Below, in pieces: positions 54,242 through 64,000 of a stretch of DNA of 64,000 nt. The stretch lies in contig CAVPCQ010000012.1 of assembly GCA_963702425.1 (NCBI GenBank), positions 128,001-192,000 of the forward strand, written 5' to 3'. The stretch comes from an uncultured Acidobacteriota bacterium. Lineage in GTDB: Bacteria > Acidobacteriota > Polarisedimenticolia > J045. Within the stretch, counting starts at the first letter, position 1. Each line of letters begins with the position of its first letter. Both the position numbers and the translations under genes were made by a program. The notes beneath the pieces are model-generated. The model saw only the letters and a list, made by a program, of their open reading frames with translations. It ran no database searches and was not told the origin of the DNA.

Positions 54242-55597
54242 TTGAGAAAGCTCTTCGGTACGGATGGCATGCGCGGCGCGGCGGGCACTCCGCCACTCGA
54301 CCCCGTTTCCCTCTACCGCCTCGGCCGCGCCGTGGTGGCGTCGCTCGAGCCCGGCCCGCGCGGCGACGCGCCGGCACGGATCTGCCTCGGGATGGACACG
54401 CGCGAGTCGTGCCCGTGGATCGCGGCCGCGCTCGCCCAGGGGATCCGCGACGCGGGCGGCGAGCCGGTGAGCGCGGGGATCATGCCGACCCCTGCCCTCG
54501 CGCTGGTGGTCCGCGAGGGGAGCTTCCGCGCCGGGCTGATGGTCTCGGCGTCCCACAACCCTTACCAGGACAACGGCGTCAAGGTACTCGACGCCACCGG
54601 GACCAAGCTCCCCGACGGCGACGAGGCACGGCTCGAGCGGCTGATGGAGCAGCAGCCGGAGCCTGAGGGCTGCGGCGACGCCGACGGCGGTCTGATCGAC
54701 GAATCGACGAGCCTGGACGAGCACTACCTCGCGTTCCTCGCACGCTGCCTCGAAGGGGCCTCCTTCAAGGGGCTGCGGGTCGCGCTCGACACCGCCCACG
54801 GTGCCGCGCACCGGCTGGCGCCGGAGGCGTTCCGGCGCGCCGGGGCGGAGGTCTTGCAGATCGGCGGAGCGCCCGACGGGAGGAACATCAACGACGGGCT
54901 CGGATCGCTCCACCCCGAGGCGCTGGAGCGCACCGTGCGCGAGTCGGGTGCGCACATCGGGTTCGCCTTCGACGGAGACGCCGACCGCTGCATCGGCGTG
55001 ACCTCCTCAGGCGGACTGCTCGACGGCGACTTCATGCTCTACTACATGGGCCGGGTGCTCCACGACACGCGGCGGCTCGCCTACTGCACGGTGGTCGCGA
55101 CCTCGATGAGCAACTTCGGCCTCGAGAAGGCGCTGCGGGCCGAGGAGATCCGGCTCGTGCGGACCGACGTCGGCGACCGCTACGTGCTGCAGGCGCTCAA
55201 GGAGGGCGGATTCGTCCTGGGCGGCGAGCAGTCCGGGCACGTCATCCTGATGCACTACGCGCCATCGGGCGACGGCATCCTGACTGCGCTGACGCTGGCG
55301 CGGATGTGGCGCAGCGGGGGCGGCGACCTCGACGAGGCCCTGGCCCTGATGCCGCGCTACCCGCAGGTGCTCAAGAACCTCCGGGTCCGCGAGAAGCCGC
55401 CGATCGCCGAGCGTCCGGTGCTGGCGGCTGCGGTCCGTGCGGCAGAAGAGGCGCTCGCCGGCGACGGCCGGGTCGTGGTGCGCTACTCCGGCACGGAGCC
55501 GCTGCTGCGGGTGATGGTCGAGGGACCGGAGCGCCAGCGCGTGGAGCAGATCGCGGGCACGGTGCTCGAGGCCTTCCGGCGCGAGGTCGGGGCGTAA
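54242..55597 (+). CDS. glmM: Phosphoglucosamine mutase
   Basis: FGTDGMRG, SASHNP, FDGDADR, GGEQSGH, RYSGTEP. Confidence 0.96.
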   Translation: MRKLFGTDGMRGAAGTPPLDPVSLYRLGRAVVASLEPGPRGDAPARICLGMDTRESCPWIAAALAQGIRDAGGEPVSAGIMPTPALALVVREGSFRAGLMVSASHNPYQDNGVKVLDATGTKLPDGDEARLERLMEQQPEPEGCGDADGGLIDESTSLDEHYLAFLARCLEGASFKGLRVALDTAHGAAHRLAPEAFRRAGAEVLQIGGAPDGRNINDGLGSLHPEALERTVRESGAHIGFAFDGDADRCIGVTSSGGLLDGDFMLYYMGRVLHDTRRLAYCTVVATSMSNFGLEKALRAEEIRLVRTDVGDRYVLQALKEGGFVLGGEQSGHVILMHYAPSGDGILTALTLARMWRSGGGDLDEALALMPRYPQVLKNLRVREKPPIAERPVLAAAVRAAEEALAGDGRVVVRYSGTEPLLRVMVEGPERQRVEQIAGTVLEAFRREVGA

Positions 55598-55635
55598 CCG
55601 CCGCCGACCCGAGGCCGGCACGAGGAGAGGAACGC

Positions 55636-56352
55636 ATGAGCCGCCTGTCCGTGAACATCGACCACATCGCCACCCTTCGCCAGGCACGCCGCGCGGCGGA
55701 GCCCGACCCGGTCGCCGCCGCCGTGCTGTGCGAGCTGGCGGGGGCCGGGGGGATCACCGTCCACCTGCGCGGCGACCGCCGCCACATTCAGGACCGCGAC
55801 CTCGAGCGGCTGCGCGAGACGGTCACGACGCGCCTCAACGTCGAGATGGCGGCGACGACCGAGATGCTCCGGATCGCGCGGCAGGTGCGGCCGGACGTCG
55901 TGACGCTGGTGCCGGAGAAGCCGGGCGAGCTGACGACCTCGGGCGGGATCGATGTGGCCCGCCTGGCCGGGCGCCTCAAGCCACACGTGCGCGCGCTCAA
56001 GCGCTCCGGGATCGCCGTCAGCCTGTTCATCGACCCGGTGGAGAAGCAGGTCGAGGCCGCGGCAGCGATCGGCGCGCCGATCGTCGAGCTGAACACCAAC
56101 GCCTACTCGACCGCCCGCACCGGGGCAGCGCAGGCCCGGGCCTACGACGAGCTGATCGTCGCCGCCTGCCGGGCCGACGAGCTGGCGCTGATGGTCGCCG
56201 CCGGGCACGGGCTGACGGTGCGCAACGTGCGGCCGATCGTCGACATCCCGGAGATCTTCGAGCTCAACATCGGCCACAGCATCGTGGCCCGCGCGACGCT
56301 CCTGTCGCTCGACGGCGCGGTGCGGGAGATGCTGGCCGCGATGAACGGCTAG
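55636..56352 (+). CDS. pdxJ: Pyridoxine 5'-phosphate synthase
   Basis: VNIDHIATLRQAR, HLRGDRRHIQ, AGHGL, ELNIGH. Confidence 0.96.
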   Translation: MSRLSVNIDHIATLRQARRAAEPDPVAAAVLCELAGAGGITVHLRGDRRHIQDRDLERLRETVTTRLNVEMAATTEMLRIARQVRPDVVTLVPEKPGELTTSGGIDVARLAGRLKPHVRALKRSGIAVSLFIDPVEKQVEAAAAIGAPIVELNTNAYSTARTGAAQARAYDELIVAACRADELALMVAAGHGLTVRNVRPIVDIPEIFELNIGHSIVARATLLSLDGAVREMLAAMNG

Positions 56353-56362
56353 GCGGGCGGGC

Positions 56363-57346
56363 TCAGGCCGGAGGCAGCGCGTCCGGCCGCTCGTCGAGCA
56401 CCTCGTCCGGGACCGCCGCCGCCGCGTCGACGAGGACCTCGACCCCGGCTCCCTCTCGGACCGAGCGCTCGGTCAGGATTCGCCGCCAGGCGCGCGCGCC
56501 CGGCCGGCCGTGCATCAGCCCCAGCAGGCCGTGGACCAGGTGCGAGAGGAAGACCCCCTCCTCGCGCCGCCGCGCGACGTACGGCAGCACGCGCTCGATC
56601 GCCTCGCGCCGGGTCGGTCCGGGTGCGGTGTCGCCGAAGATCGTCGCGTCGGCTTCGGCGAGCAGCCACGGGTCCTCGCAGGCGGCGCGGCCGATCATCG
56701 CCCCGTCGACCTGCGCGAGGTGCGCGTGCGCCTCACCCAGCGAGGCGATCCCGCCGTTGGTCTCGATCGCCAGGTGCCGCCGTTCGCGCTTGAGCCGGTG
56801 GACCTCGTCGTGGCGCAGCGGCGGGACGTCGCGGTTCTCCTTCGGGCTGAGACCGGAGAGCCACGCCTTGCGGGCGTGGACGATGAAGCGGTCGCAACCG
56901 GCGGCCGCGACCGTGTCGACGAAGGCCAGCATGTCCTCGTAGCGGTCGAGGTCGTCGACGCCGATCCGATGCTTGACCGTCACCGGGAGCGCGACCGCGG
57001 CGCGCATCGCGGCGACGCACTCAGCGACCCGCACCGGCTCCTTCATCAGGCAGGCCCCGAAACGCCCCTGCTGCACGCGGTCCGAGGGGCAGCCGGCGTT
57101 CAGGTTGATCTCGTCGTAGCCCAGCTCCTCACCGATCCGCGCCGCCGCGGCCAGCGCGCGCGGATCGTCGCCGCCGAGCTGCAACGCGAGCGGGCGCTCC
57201 TCGGGATCGAAGCCGAGCAGCCGTACGCGGTCACCGTGCAGGACCGCACCGGTCGTGACCATCTCCGAGTAGAGCAAGGTACGCCGAGTCAGCTGGCGCA
57301 GCAGGAAGCGGAAGTGCCGGTCGGTGCGGGCCATCATCGGCGCCAC
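56363..57346 (-). CDS. dusA: tRNA-dihydrouridine synthase A
   Basis: APMM, QLGG, NLNAGCPS, VKHRIG, VHARKAWL, NGGI; true start uncertain. Confidence 0.93.
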   Translation of the reverse strand: MAPMMARTDRHFRFLLRQLTRRTLLYSEMVTTGAVLHGDRVRLLGFDPEERPLALQLGGDDPRALAAAARIGEELGYDEINLNAGCPSDRVQQGRFGACLMKEPVRVAECVAAMRAAVALPVTVKHRIGVDDLDRYEDMLAFVDTVAAAGCDRFIVHARKAWLSGLSPKENRDVPPLRHDEVHRLKRERRHLAIETNGGIASLGEAHAHLAQVDGAMIGRAACEDPWLLAEADATIFGDTAPGPTRREAIERVLPYVARRREEGVFLSHLVHGLLGLMHGRPGARAWRRILTERSVREGAGVEVLVDAAAAVPDEVLDERPDALPPA

Positions 57347-57539
57347 GGACAGCGGCCGCAGGATGCCGCGGCGCGGCGCGGGGACTTCCCGGGTTCTCCG
57401 CGTTCGGACTGCTGGTCTCGATCACCGGGGACGGCGTCGGCGGAGGCGACTTCTAGCGGCTGGTCGTGCTGGCCTCGCCGGGCGCTGGGCCTGGCGTACG
57501 GCCTCCGCGGACGATGCGCGGGCCGCGGGAGGGCCGTCG

Positions 57540-58250
57540 ATGAAGCCGGTGCTGATCGTCCGCCACGCGCCCAGCGAAGGGCCGGGGTAGCCTCACGGAG
57601 TGGCTCGACGCGCGCGGTGCACCGTGGCAACTCCTCGCGGTCGACGAGGGGCGCGCGCTGCCGGCGCGGCCTGACGGCCACGGGGCGCTGGTCTTCATGG
57701 GCGGCCCGATGAGCGCCAACGACCCGCTCCCATGGGTGGCGGACGCGCTGGCGCTGATCCGGCGGGCACACGGCGCGGGGATCCCGGTGCTGGGGCACTG
57801 CCTGGGCGCGCAGTTGCTGGCGAAGGCGCTGGGCGGGCAGGTCGTGCGCAGCGCGGTGCCGGAGATCGGCTGGCTGCCGGTCGAGGCCGCCCCGACGCGC
57901 GAGGCCGCGGCGGCCGTCGCGGAGGGCTGGCTCCCGGCGTCGTTCGAGGCGTTCCACTGGCACGGCGAGACCTTCTCGCTGCCGGAGGGGGCCGCGTGGC
58001 TGCTGCGGAGCGCCACCTGCGCCCATCAGGCCTTCGCACTCGGGCGCTCGCTGGGGCTGCAGTTCCACGTCGAGATGACGGCGCAGATGGTGGGCGACTG
58101 GGCGGCCAGCGGCGCGGCCGAGCTGGCGCGGCCGGCGGCGGCGACGGTGCAGGACGCCGCCGGGATGACCACGCGGCTCGAGGAGCGGATCGCCGCGCTC
58201 CACGCCGTCGCCGACGCGTTCTATTCGCGGTGGTGGCAGCGGAGCTCTGA
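57540..58250 (+). CDS. Type 1 glutamine amidotransferase; apparent frameshift at ~57587, 3' end uncertain
   Basis: MKPVLIVRH..EGPG, then the +1 frame gives MGGPMS, LGHCLGAQ, FHWHGE, QFHVE. Confidence 0.8.
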
Positions 58251-58259
58251 GGCCGGCCC

Positions 58260-59267
58260 CTACGATTTGTCCTTGAAGTCGGCCGGGATCGTCACCTCGG
58301 CATCCGGAACGGTCGAACCGGCGGAGACGATCGTCGAGGTCGAGCGGAAGAGCGTCGTGCGGCCCGGAGTTCCACCCTCCGCCGGCGCTTCCTTCTTCTT
58401 CATCATCTTCTTGCCCAGGCCGCCGAGCAGTCCTCCGACCGAGGTCGGCGTCGACTCCTTCTCCTCGGCCGCCTGCTGCTTCTGCTGCTCGGGCGAGGCG
58501 ACCGTATCGAACACCATCGTCGTACGGATCGGCGAGCCGCTCATGTCGACCTGCTTCTCCTGCAGCTTCTTCATCGCCTCCGCGAACTGCGGGTTGGTCG
58601 CGATCAGGGCCGCCATCTGCTGCATCTCGGCGCCGAACGTCTCGAACAGCCCGATCGCCTTGAAGTAGCGCATGTGGAAGGCCGCCTGCTCCTTCAGTTC
58701 CTTCAGCTCCGGCCCGAGCCAGCTGTCGAGCGTGACGACGATCCCGCCGCCCCCCTCGAGCGTCTGTCCCTTCGGGTGGCCGGTGACCGTGAGCAGGACC
58801 TCGCGGGTGTCGTAGCCGGAGATGACCTCCTTCTTGCCGGTCTCCTTCAGGTCGACCGTCCACTCGTATTCGACCTGGTCCGCCGGGGGCGCCTCGCCCT
58901 GCTCGGCCTGCTGCTTCTTCGCGTCCTCCAGCGCCTTTTTCATCTCTTCACGGATCTGGGCGAAGGTCTTGACCGTGTACTTCTTCTTGTCGAAGTTGAT
59001 CTCGTAGACCTTCTCCGCCGCGAGGTCGATCAGCTCGCCCGTGTCCATCGTCTTCGACATCAGGCGCTCGCCCTTCAGGGCGTCGATCGAAGTGACCCCT
59101 TCGCGCGCCGCCTTGCCGCCGAAGGTCCGGAACATCGACCCGAGGAAACCCCCGAACTCGACCTTGGCGTGCTGTTCGACCCGCGCGTCGGCGAGGGCCG
59201 GGAGCAGGCCGAACGGGAGCAGCAGCACCGGAACCAGGAGAATCGAGACCCGCCTGCGCGCGTTCAT
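58260..59267 (-). CDS. Secreted hypothetical protein (DUF4412-like)
   Basis: Signal peptide; ETGKKEVISGYDT motif; GGLLGGLGKK tail. Confidence 0.75.
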   Translation of the reverse strand: MNARRRVSILLVPVLLLPFGLLPALADARVEQHAKVEFGGFLGSMFRTFGGKAAREGVTSIDALKGERLMSKTMDTGELIDLAAEKVYEINFDKKKYTVKTFAQIREEMKKALEDAKKQQAEQGEAPPADQVEYEWTVDLKETGKKEVISGYDTREVLLTVTGHPKGQTLEGGGGIVVTLDSWLGPELKELKEQAAFHMRYFKAIGLFETFGAEMQQMAALIATNPQFAEAMKKLQEKQVDMSGSPIRTTMVFDTVASPEQQKQQAAEEKESTPTSVGGLLGGLGKKMMKKKEAPAEGGTPGRTTLFRSTSTIVSAGSTVPDAEVTIPADFKDKS

Positions 59268-59318
59268 GGTCGTCTTCGCTCCTTTCGTGCGTGTCGTGCC
59301 TGCCATTATGATCCGCCC

Positions 59319-60200
59319 ATGACCAGTCGTCCCAGCCGGGCCAGGGTCGTCGCCGTCTTCCTCCTGCTGACCCTGATCTGGGGTACGACCTGGGCCGCGA
59401 TCCGCTTCAGCCTCGAGGGGATCCCGCCGTTCCTCGGGGTTTCGCTGCGGTTCGCGCTGGCGGGGGCGCTGCTGGTCGGAATCGCCCTCTGGCAGCGGAT
59501 TCCGCTGGGACGGTCGCGGACCGAGCGCCGGCTCTGGCTCGCCAACGGCCTGCTCTCGTTCTGCGCCTCCTACGGGTTGGTGTACTGGGCCGAGCAGTAC
59601 GTCCCGTCCGGGCTGACCGCCGTCCTGTGGGCGACCTTCCCGCTGATGGTCGCGGTCATGGCGCACTTCGCCCTGCCGCACGAGAGGATGACCGGGCGCG
59701 GCGTGGTCGGCGTGGTCGTCGGGTTCCTGGGGCTGGCGGTGATCTACTCCGAGGACCTGGGCCGGCTCGGCGGGCCGCAGGTCGCGTTTGCCTCGCTGGT
59801 CCTGCTGCTGTCGCCGTTCGTCTCGGCGATCAGCAACGTCGCGATCAAGCGCTGGGGCAAGGGGATCCCCGCGCTCTCGCTGGCCGGGCCGCCGATGCTG
59901 ATCGGCGGCGTCGTGATGGCGGGCGTGTCGGCCGTGGTCGAGCGCAGCGCGCCGGTGACGTGGGGCGCGCGGCCGGTCGCCGCCCTCCTCTACCTGGCGC
60001 TCGCCGGCTCGGCGCTGACCTTCAGCCTCTACTACTGGCTGCTCTCGCACACGACCGTCGTGCGGACCTCGCTGATCTCCTACACGATCCCGGTCGTCGC
60101 GCTGGCGATCGGGGTGCTCGTGATGGGCGAGCCGATCACCGCCCGCGTGATGGCCGGATCGCTGCTGGTCGTCGGCGGGATCGCTCTGGCGACGGCCTAG
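59319..60200 (+). CDS. EamA/DMT family transporter
   Basis: IWGTTW, about 10 TM helices, GEPIT. Confidence 0.92.
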   Translation: MTSRPSRARVVAVFLLLTLIWGTTWAAIRFSLEGIPPFLGVSLRFALAGALLVGIALWQRIPLGRSRTERRLWLANGLLSFCASYGLVYWAEQYVPSGLTAVLWATFPLMVAVMAHFALPHERMTGRGVVGVVVGFLGLAVIYSEDLGRLGGPQVAFASLVLLLSPFVSAISNVAIKRWGKGIPALSLAGPPMLIGGVVMAGVSAVVERSAPVTWGARPVAALLYLALAGSALTFSLYYWLLSHTTVVRTSLISYTIPVVALAIGVLVMGEPITARVMAGSLLVVGGIALATA

Positions 60201-60252
60201 CTGCGCTGGGCGCTGCCGCCGGTCGGACGCAGCCGCCGGCCGGCCGCCGCGT

Positions 60253-61140
60253 TCAGCCGAGCGCCGGGGCCAGGATCTCGCGCGCGAAATCGGCGAGCGT
60301 CGTCGGCGACGAGGTCTCGGGGCTGCGCGGTTCCTCGGACACGATCGTGCCGTCGTTGACCCCCCGGTAGAGATCGAGCATCGCGCCCGCGGCGCCGGGG
60401 CTCATGCCCATCCCCTGCAGGGCCTCGCGGGCCTGCTCCGGCGTGATCTGCACGTGCGCTATCCGCCGCCCGGCCGCAGCCGAGAAGATCGCCGCGGCTT
60501 CGTCGTAGCTGACGTCGGCGGGGCCGTGCAGACCGCGGGTGGAGCGCCCCGTCCAGGCGCCGTCGAGCAGCCGCCCGGCGGCGACGGCGGCGATGTCGCG
60601 CGTGTCGACCATCGGGCCGCGGGCGCTGCCGGCGACCGGCATGAAGATCGCGCCCATCCCCTTGATCGACGGGATCTGCCAGAGGAAGTTCTGGAAGAAC
60701 GCCGCCGGCCGGAGGTGGGTCACGTTGGGGCAGGCGGCGTCGAGCATCGCCTCGACGTCGTGCAGGCCGACAATCGGGCCGGTGCCACGCTCGAGCTGTG
60801 CGCCGATGCTCGACAGGTGCACGACGCGCGGAATCCGGTTGGCCTCGATCACGGCGGCCGCGCTGCGACCCAGCGCGCCGTAGTAGGCGCGCAAGTCGGG
60901 CGCGGCGTAGTTCGGCGGCGTCAGCCAGAAGAGGACGTCGGCCCCCCGCGTGGCCTCGGCGACGAAGGCGGCGTCCTGCAGCGAGCCGGCGCGGATGGCA
61001 GCACCGCGTGCGGCGGCGTGGGCGAGCTTCTCGGGGTGGCGCGCGAGCAGGACGAGATCGGGACCGGCGCCGGCCTCGAGCAGGCGCTCGACGAGGGGGC
61101 GGCCGACGTTGCCGGTGGGGGCGGTGACGGCGATGCGCAT
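60253..61140 (-). CDS. NmrA-like NAD(P)-binding protein
   Basis: TAPTGNVG, LSSIGA, LRPAAFFQN, VDTRDIA. Confidence 0.9.
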   Translation of the reverse strand: MRIAVTAPTGNVGRPLVERLLEAGAGPDLVLLARHPEKLAHAAARGAAIRAGSLQDAAFVAEATRGADVLFWLTPPNYAAPDLRAYYGALGRSAAAVIEANRIPRVVHLSSIGAQLERGTGPIVGLHDVEAMLDAACPNVTHLRPAAFFQNFLWQIPSIKGMGAIFMPVAGSARGPMVDTRDIAAVAAGRLLDGAWTGRSTRGLHGPADVSYDEAAAIFSAAAGRRIAHVQITPEQAREALQGMGMSPGAAGAMLDLYRGVNDGTIVSEEPRSPETSSPTTLADFAREILAPALG

Positions 61141-61426
61141 GGTCGGTCCTCGGGAGAGAGTTCGGGTCTCGGGCGCAGAATGCCGCAGGTCGGCGAGTAC
61201 CGCATCCGGGGGATTGTCACCCCGTGTTCACCCTTCCTTCTGCGCGCTGTCACCTCGAACTCGCAGACTCGCCTCAATCCCACGGCGCCCGCCGCCCCCC
61301 CCGCGGCGGGCAGGCATCGCGGCCCGGACTTCCCTCACGGCCCGTCTCGGGGCCGACCATCCCACCGGGCCCTCAGCACCAGGGCCGGGCGGGCCCTCCT
61401 CCGGGGCCTGCCCGATCTTTTTTCCC

Positions 61427-61454
61427 GGAACTCCTCCCGCCGACGGCGGTCCAA
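61427..61454 (+). promoter_or_regulatory. ECF sigma-type promoter
   Basis: GGAACT-N16-GTCCAA 30 nt upstream of the ATG at 61485. Confidence 0.55.
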
Positions 61455-61484
61455 CGGGTCGGGACCAGCCAAGGAGACCACGCC

Positions 61485-62357
61485 ATGACGACTCGCCGCT
61501 TCCCGTTCCCGCTCCTGCCCCTCGGCCTGCTGGCCGCCGCCCTCCCGCTTTCCCTCCTGCTCGCCGGGGCCGCGCCGGCCACCGCCTGCCAGGCCGCGCC
61601 CTGCCCCTACTCGATCGAGGTCCTCGTCGACGGGCAGCCGCTGGCGACCTACGCCGCCCGCGGCACGACCTACGTCGAGGCGCTGCGCGGCCGCGAGTAC
61701 GCGATCCGGCTGCGGAACAACACCGGCCGCCGCGTGGCCGTCGCGCTGTCGGTCGACGGTCTGAACTCGATCGATGCGAAGTCCACGACCGCGCGCGACG
61801 CGTCCAAGTGGGTGCTCGGACCGTGGGAGACCGCGGTGATCAGCGGCTGGCAGACCAGTTCCGACCACGCCCGCCGTTTCTTCTTCACCAGCGAGGAGAA
61901 GTCGTACGGGGCGTGGCTCGGGCAGACCGACGACCTCGGCGTGGTGTCCGCCGCCTTCTTCCGCGAGATCGAGGCGCCGCGGCCGCAGGCGAAGCGTGCC
62001 CAGCCGATGGCGCCGGAGGCCGACGGGGGGGCGCGCCATCGGGACGAAGCGCCGGCGGCCGGCGCCGCGCAGAATGCGCCGACCGAGAGCAAGGCCGAGC
62101 GCAAGGCGGACGGCAAGGACGCGCTGTCCGACGAATACGCTGCAACCGGCATCGGCCGCCAGGTCGACGCCCCGGTCTACTCGGTCGACATGAAGCTCGA
62201 GCGGAACCCGGCCGCGACTGTCTCGATCCGCTACGAGTACCGCGACGCGCTGGTCCGGCTGGGCGTGCTGCCCGCGCCGCGACCGACGCCGGACCCGCTG
62301 GCGCGGCGCGAGCGGGCGCGCGGGTTCCAGGAGTTCGCGCCGGATCCGTACCGCTGA
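61485..62357 (+). CDS. Secreted hypothetical protein
   Basis: RBS AAGGAG, signal peptide, YAIRLRNNTGRRVAVALSVDGLN beta-rich core. Confidence 0.8.
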   Translation: MTTRRFPFPLLPLGLLAAALPLSLLLAGAAPATACQAAPCPYSIEVLVDGQPLATYAARGTTYVEALRGREYAIRLRNNTGRRVAVALSVDGLNSIDAKSTTARDASKWVLGPWETAVISGWQTSSDHARRFFFTSEEKSYGAWLGQTDDLGVVSAAFFREIEAPRPQAKRAQPMAPEADGGARHRDEAPAAGAAQNAPTESKAERKADGKDALSDEYAATGIGRQVDAPVYSVDMKLERNPAATVSIRYEYRDALVRLGVLPAPRPTPDPLARRERARGFQEFAPDPYR

Positions 62358-62382
62358 GCCTCTCCCGAGCCGGTGTTCTTTC

Positions 62383-62458
62383 GGGCCGCCACGGAGGGTG
62401 GCCTCTGCAGAAGACGAGACGTTTCGCGGGCCGTAGGGGCCGGCCTCCGTGCCGGCCC
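62383..62458. repeat. REP pair (degenerate inverted copy 62383-62408, intact copy 62433-62458)
   Basis: Match to the GTAG REP unit, between convergent genes. Confidence 0.8.
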
Positions 62459-62473
62459 TTGCCGTCTCTCCGC

Positions 62474-63946
62474 TCAGCGCACCCCGCCCATCAGCCGCCG
62501 CACCAGCGGCGACGCCAGCGCCAGCACGATCCCCGCGACCAGCGTCGTGCCGGCCACGATCCCGAACAGCGCCGGCAGCGACACCGTCTCGTACATCCCG
62601 GCGACGCGGCCGCCGAGGTAGTTCCCCACCGCGGCGGCCAGGAACCAGACCCCCATCATCAGTCCGGTGACGCGCGCCGGGGCGAGCTTGGTCACGGTGC
62701 TCAACCCGACCGGGGAAAGACAGAGCTCACCGACGACGTGGAAGAAATAGGTCGCGAGCAGCCAGCCCACGCCCACCTTCGCCCCGCCCGCCGAACGCAC
62801 CGAGGCCGCCACCATCACCAGGAACCCGACACCGACCGAGAGCAGTCCCAGCGAGAACTTCACCGGGCTCGACGGCTGGCGCGAGCCGAGCCGGGTCCAG
62901 AGCCACGCGAAGACCGGGGCGAACAGGATCACGAACAGGGCGGGCACCCACTGGAACCAGCCCGCCGGGAACTCCCATCCGCCGAGCGTCCGGTCCGTCG
63001 CGTTGCGCGCGAAGAGGTTCAGCGACGAGCCGGCCTGCTCGTACGCGCCCCAGAAGAAGGCCGCGGCGACGAACAGCGCGACGATCGCCCACAGGCGCCC
63101 GCGCTCGGTCGGCGTCCAGTTGCCGGTTCGGAACAGCCACGCGAAGAAGACGAGCACCAGCAGGATCAGGAAGACGCCGAAGGCGTTCGAGATCGACTCC
63201 GCGGTCGGCACCAGCCAGCCCAGCCCCCACGCCGCGGCAACGCCCGCGAGGGCCACGCCGCCCAGGACGGCGCCGAGCACGAGCTGCCGCACCTGCAGCG
63301 TGGAGGCCTCCGCGCTCCCGGTACCGGCCGGCTGCAGGCCCGCATCGCCGAGCCGGCGTTGCCCCACCATGTAGACCGCGAGGCCGACACACATGCCGAC
63401 GCCGGCCGCGGCGAAACCCGCCCGCCAGTCGACCTTCTCGCCGAGCCAGCTGCAGACCAGCGGGCCGAGGAAGGCGCCGAGGTTGATGCCCATGTAGAAG
63501 AGCGAGAACCCCGCGTCGCGCCGATCGTCCTCCGGGGCGTAGAGCTGGCCGACGATCGCGCTGACGTTCGGCTTGAGCAGCCCCGTCCCGGCGATGACCA
63601 GCCCGAGTCCAGCGTAGAAGGCCGCCATCGACGGCACCGCCATCGCGAAGTAGCCGAGGGCGATCAGCACCCCGCCGAACAGGACCGCCTTGCGCTGGCC
63701 GAGGAACCGGTCGGCGATCCAGCCGCCCGGGAGCCCGAGGAAGTAGACGAGCGAGGTGAACAGCGCGTACACGGCCCCGGCGTCCGCCGTGCTCATGCCG
63801 ACGCCCCCCTCCGCCGCGGCCGCAGTGAGGTAGAGGATCAGCAGGGCGCGCATCCCGTAGTAGCCGAAGCGCTCCCACATCTCGGTGAGGAAGAGGACGG
63901 CGAGGCCGCCGGGGTGGCCGAAGAAGGACCGCTCGGGGTTCGTCAT
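62474..63946 (-). CDS. Proton-dependent oligopeptide transporter (POT/DtpT)
   Basis: FFGHP, EMWERFGYYGMRALL, GLLKPN, FYMGINLG, ELCLSPVGLS. Confidence 0.95.
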   Translation of the reverse strand: MTNPERSFFGHPGGLAVLFLTEMWERFGYYGMRALLILYLTAAAAEGGVGMSTADAGAVYALFTSLVYFLGLPGGWIADRFLGQRKAVLFGGVLIALGYFAMAVPSMAAFYAGLGLVIAGTGLLKPNVSAIVGQLYAPEDDRRDAGFSLFYMGINLGAFLGPLVCSWLGEKVDWRAGFAAAGVGMCVGLAVYMVGQRRLGDAGLQPAGTGSAEASTLQVRQLVLGAVLGGVALAGVAAAWGLGWLVPTAESISNAFGVFLILLVLVFFAWLFRTGNWTPTERGRLWAIVALFVAAAFFWGAYEQAGSSLNLFARNATDRTLGGWEFPAGWFQWVPALFVILFAPVFAWLWTRLGSRQPSSPVKFSLGLLSVGVGFLVMVAASVRSAGGAKVGVGWLLATYFFHVVGELCLSPVGLSTVTKLAPARVTGLMMGVWFLAAAVGNYLGGRVAGMYETVSLPALFGIVAGTTLVAGIVLALASPLVRRLMGGVR

Positions 63947-63985
63947 CGCCAAAGAGTAACCAATATCCGACAACAGTAATAGCCT

Positions 63986-64000
63986 GTAGGGGCCGGCCTC
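63986..64000 (+). repeat. REP copy truncated by window end
   Basis: GTAGGGGCCGGCCTC. Confidence 0.75.

Noticed and set aside
57588-57590. Pyrrolysine or stop-codon readthrough
   Set aside because: In-frame readthrough does not restore the protein; a frame change is needed.
58250-58668. Long C-terminal extension of the amidotransferase ORF
   Set aside because: It is antisense to a credible gene and looks non-coding; a nearby stop at 58248-58250 is reached with one indel.

Overview
A very GC-rich bacterial chromosomal window, tentatively Acidobacteriota-like; this is an inference from gene content and was not tested. Most of it is core genome: purF, purH, rlmN, rho, folK-dNK-panBCD, glmU-glmS, uvrD/pcrA, sppA, tRNA-Met, tilS-hpt-ftsH-folP-cdaA-cdaR-glmM-pdxJ, dusA and several transporters. 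Between these lie secreted or envelope proteins (Asp-box/TSP3, carboxypeptidase-regulatory repeat, TPR, HEAT) and small accessory islets. I see no CRISPR array, integrase, transposase or rRNA. The most unusual signals are non-coding. (1) A two-copy tripartite palindromic element whose four hairpins share a conserved GGCGAGTG-GGTCGC-N2/3-GCTCCAA-CACTCGCC core but have unrelated, self-complementary arms. (2) A GTAG-type REP family (about 11 copies) that supplies the stop codon of at least three genes. (3) A 168-bp CTAG-flanked MITE-like element. (4) A candidate small RNA and a pan-like leader. Notable proteins are a secreted 8-Cys protein with exactly palindromic cysteine spacing, an apparent MNT-HEPN deletion chimera next to the tRNA, a DUF5674 gene pair, an orphan Maf pair and a secreted CpcT-like protein. 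At least six single-base frameshifts in otherwise intact genes point to long-read assembly indels. All family names come from recalled motifs, not database searches.
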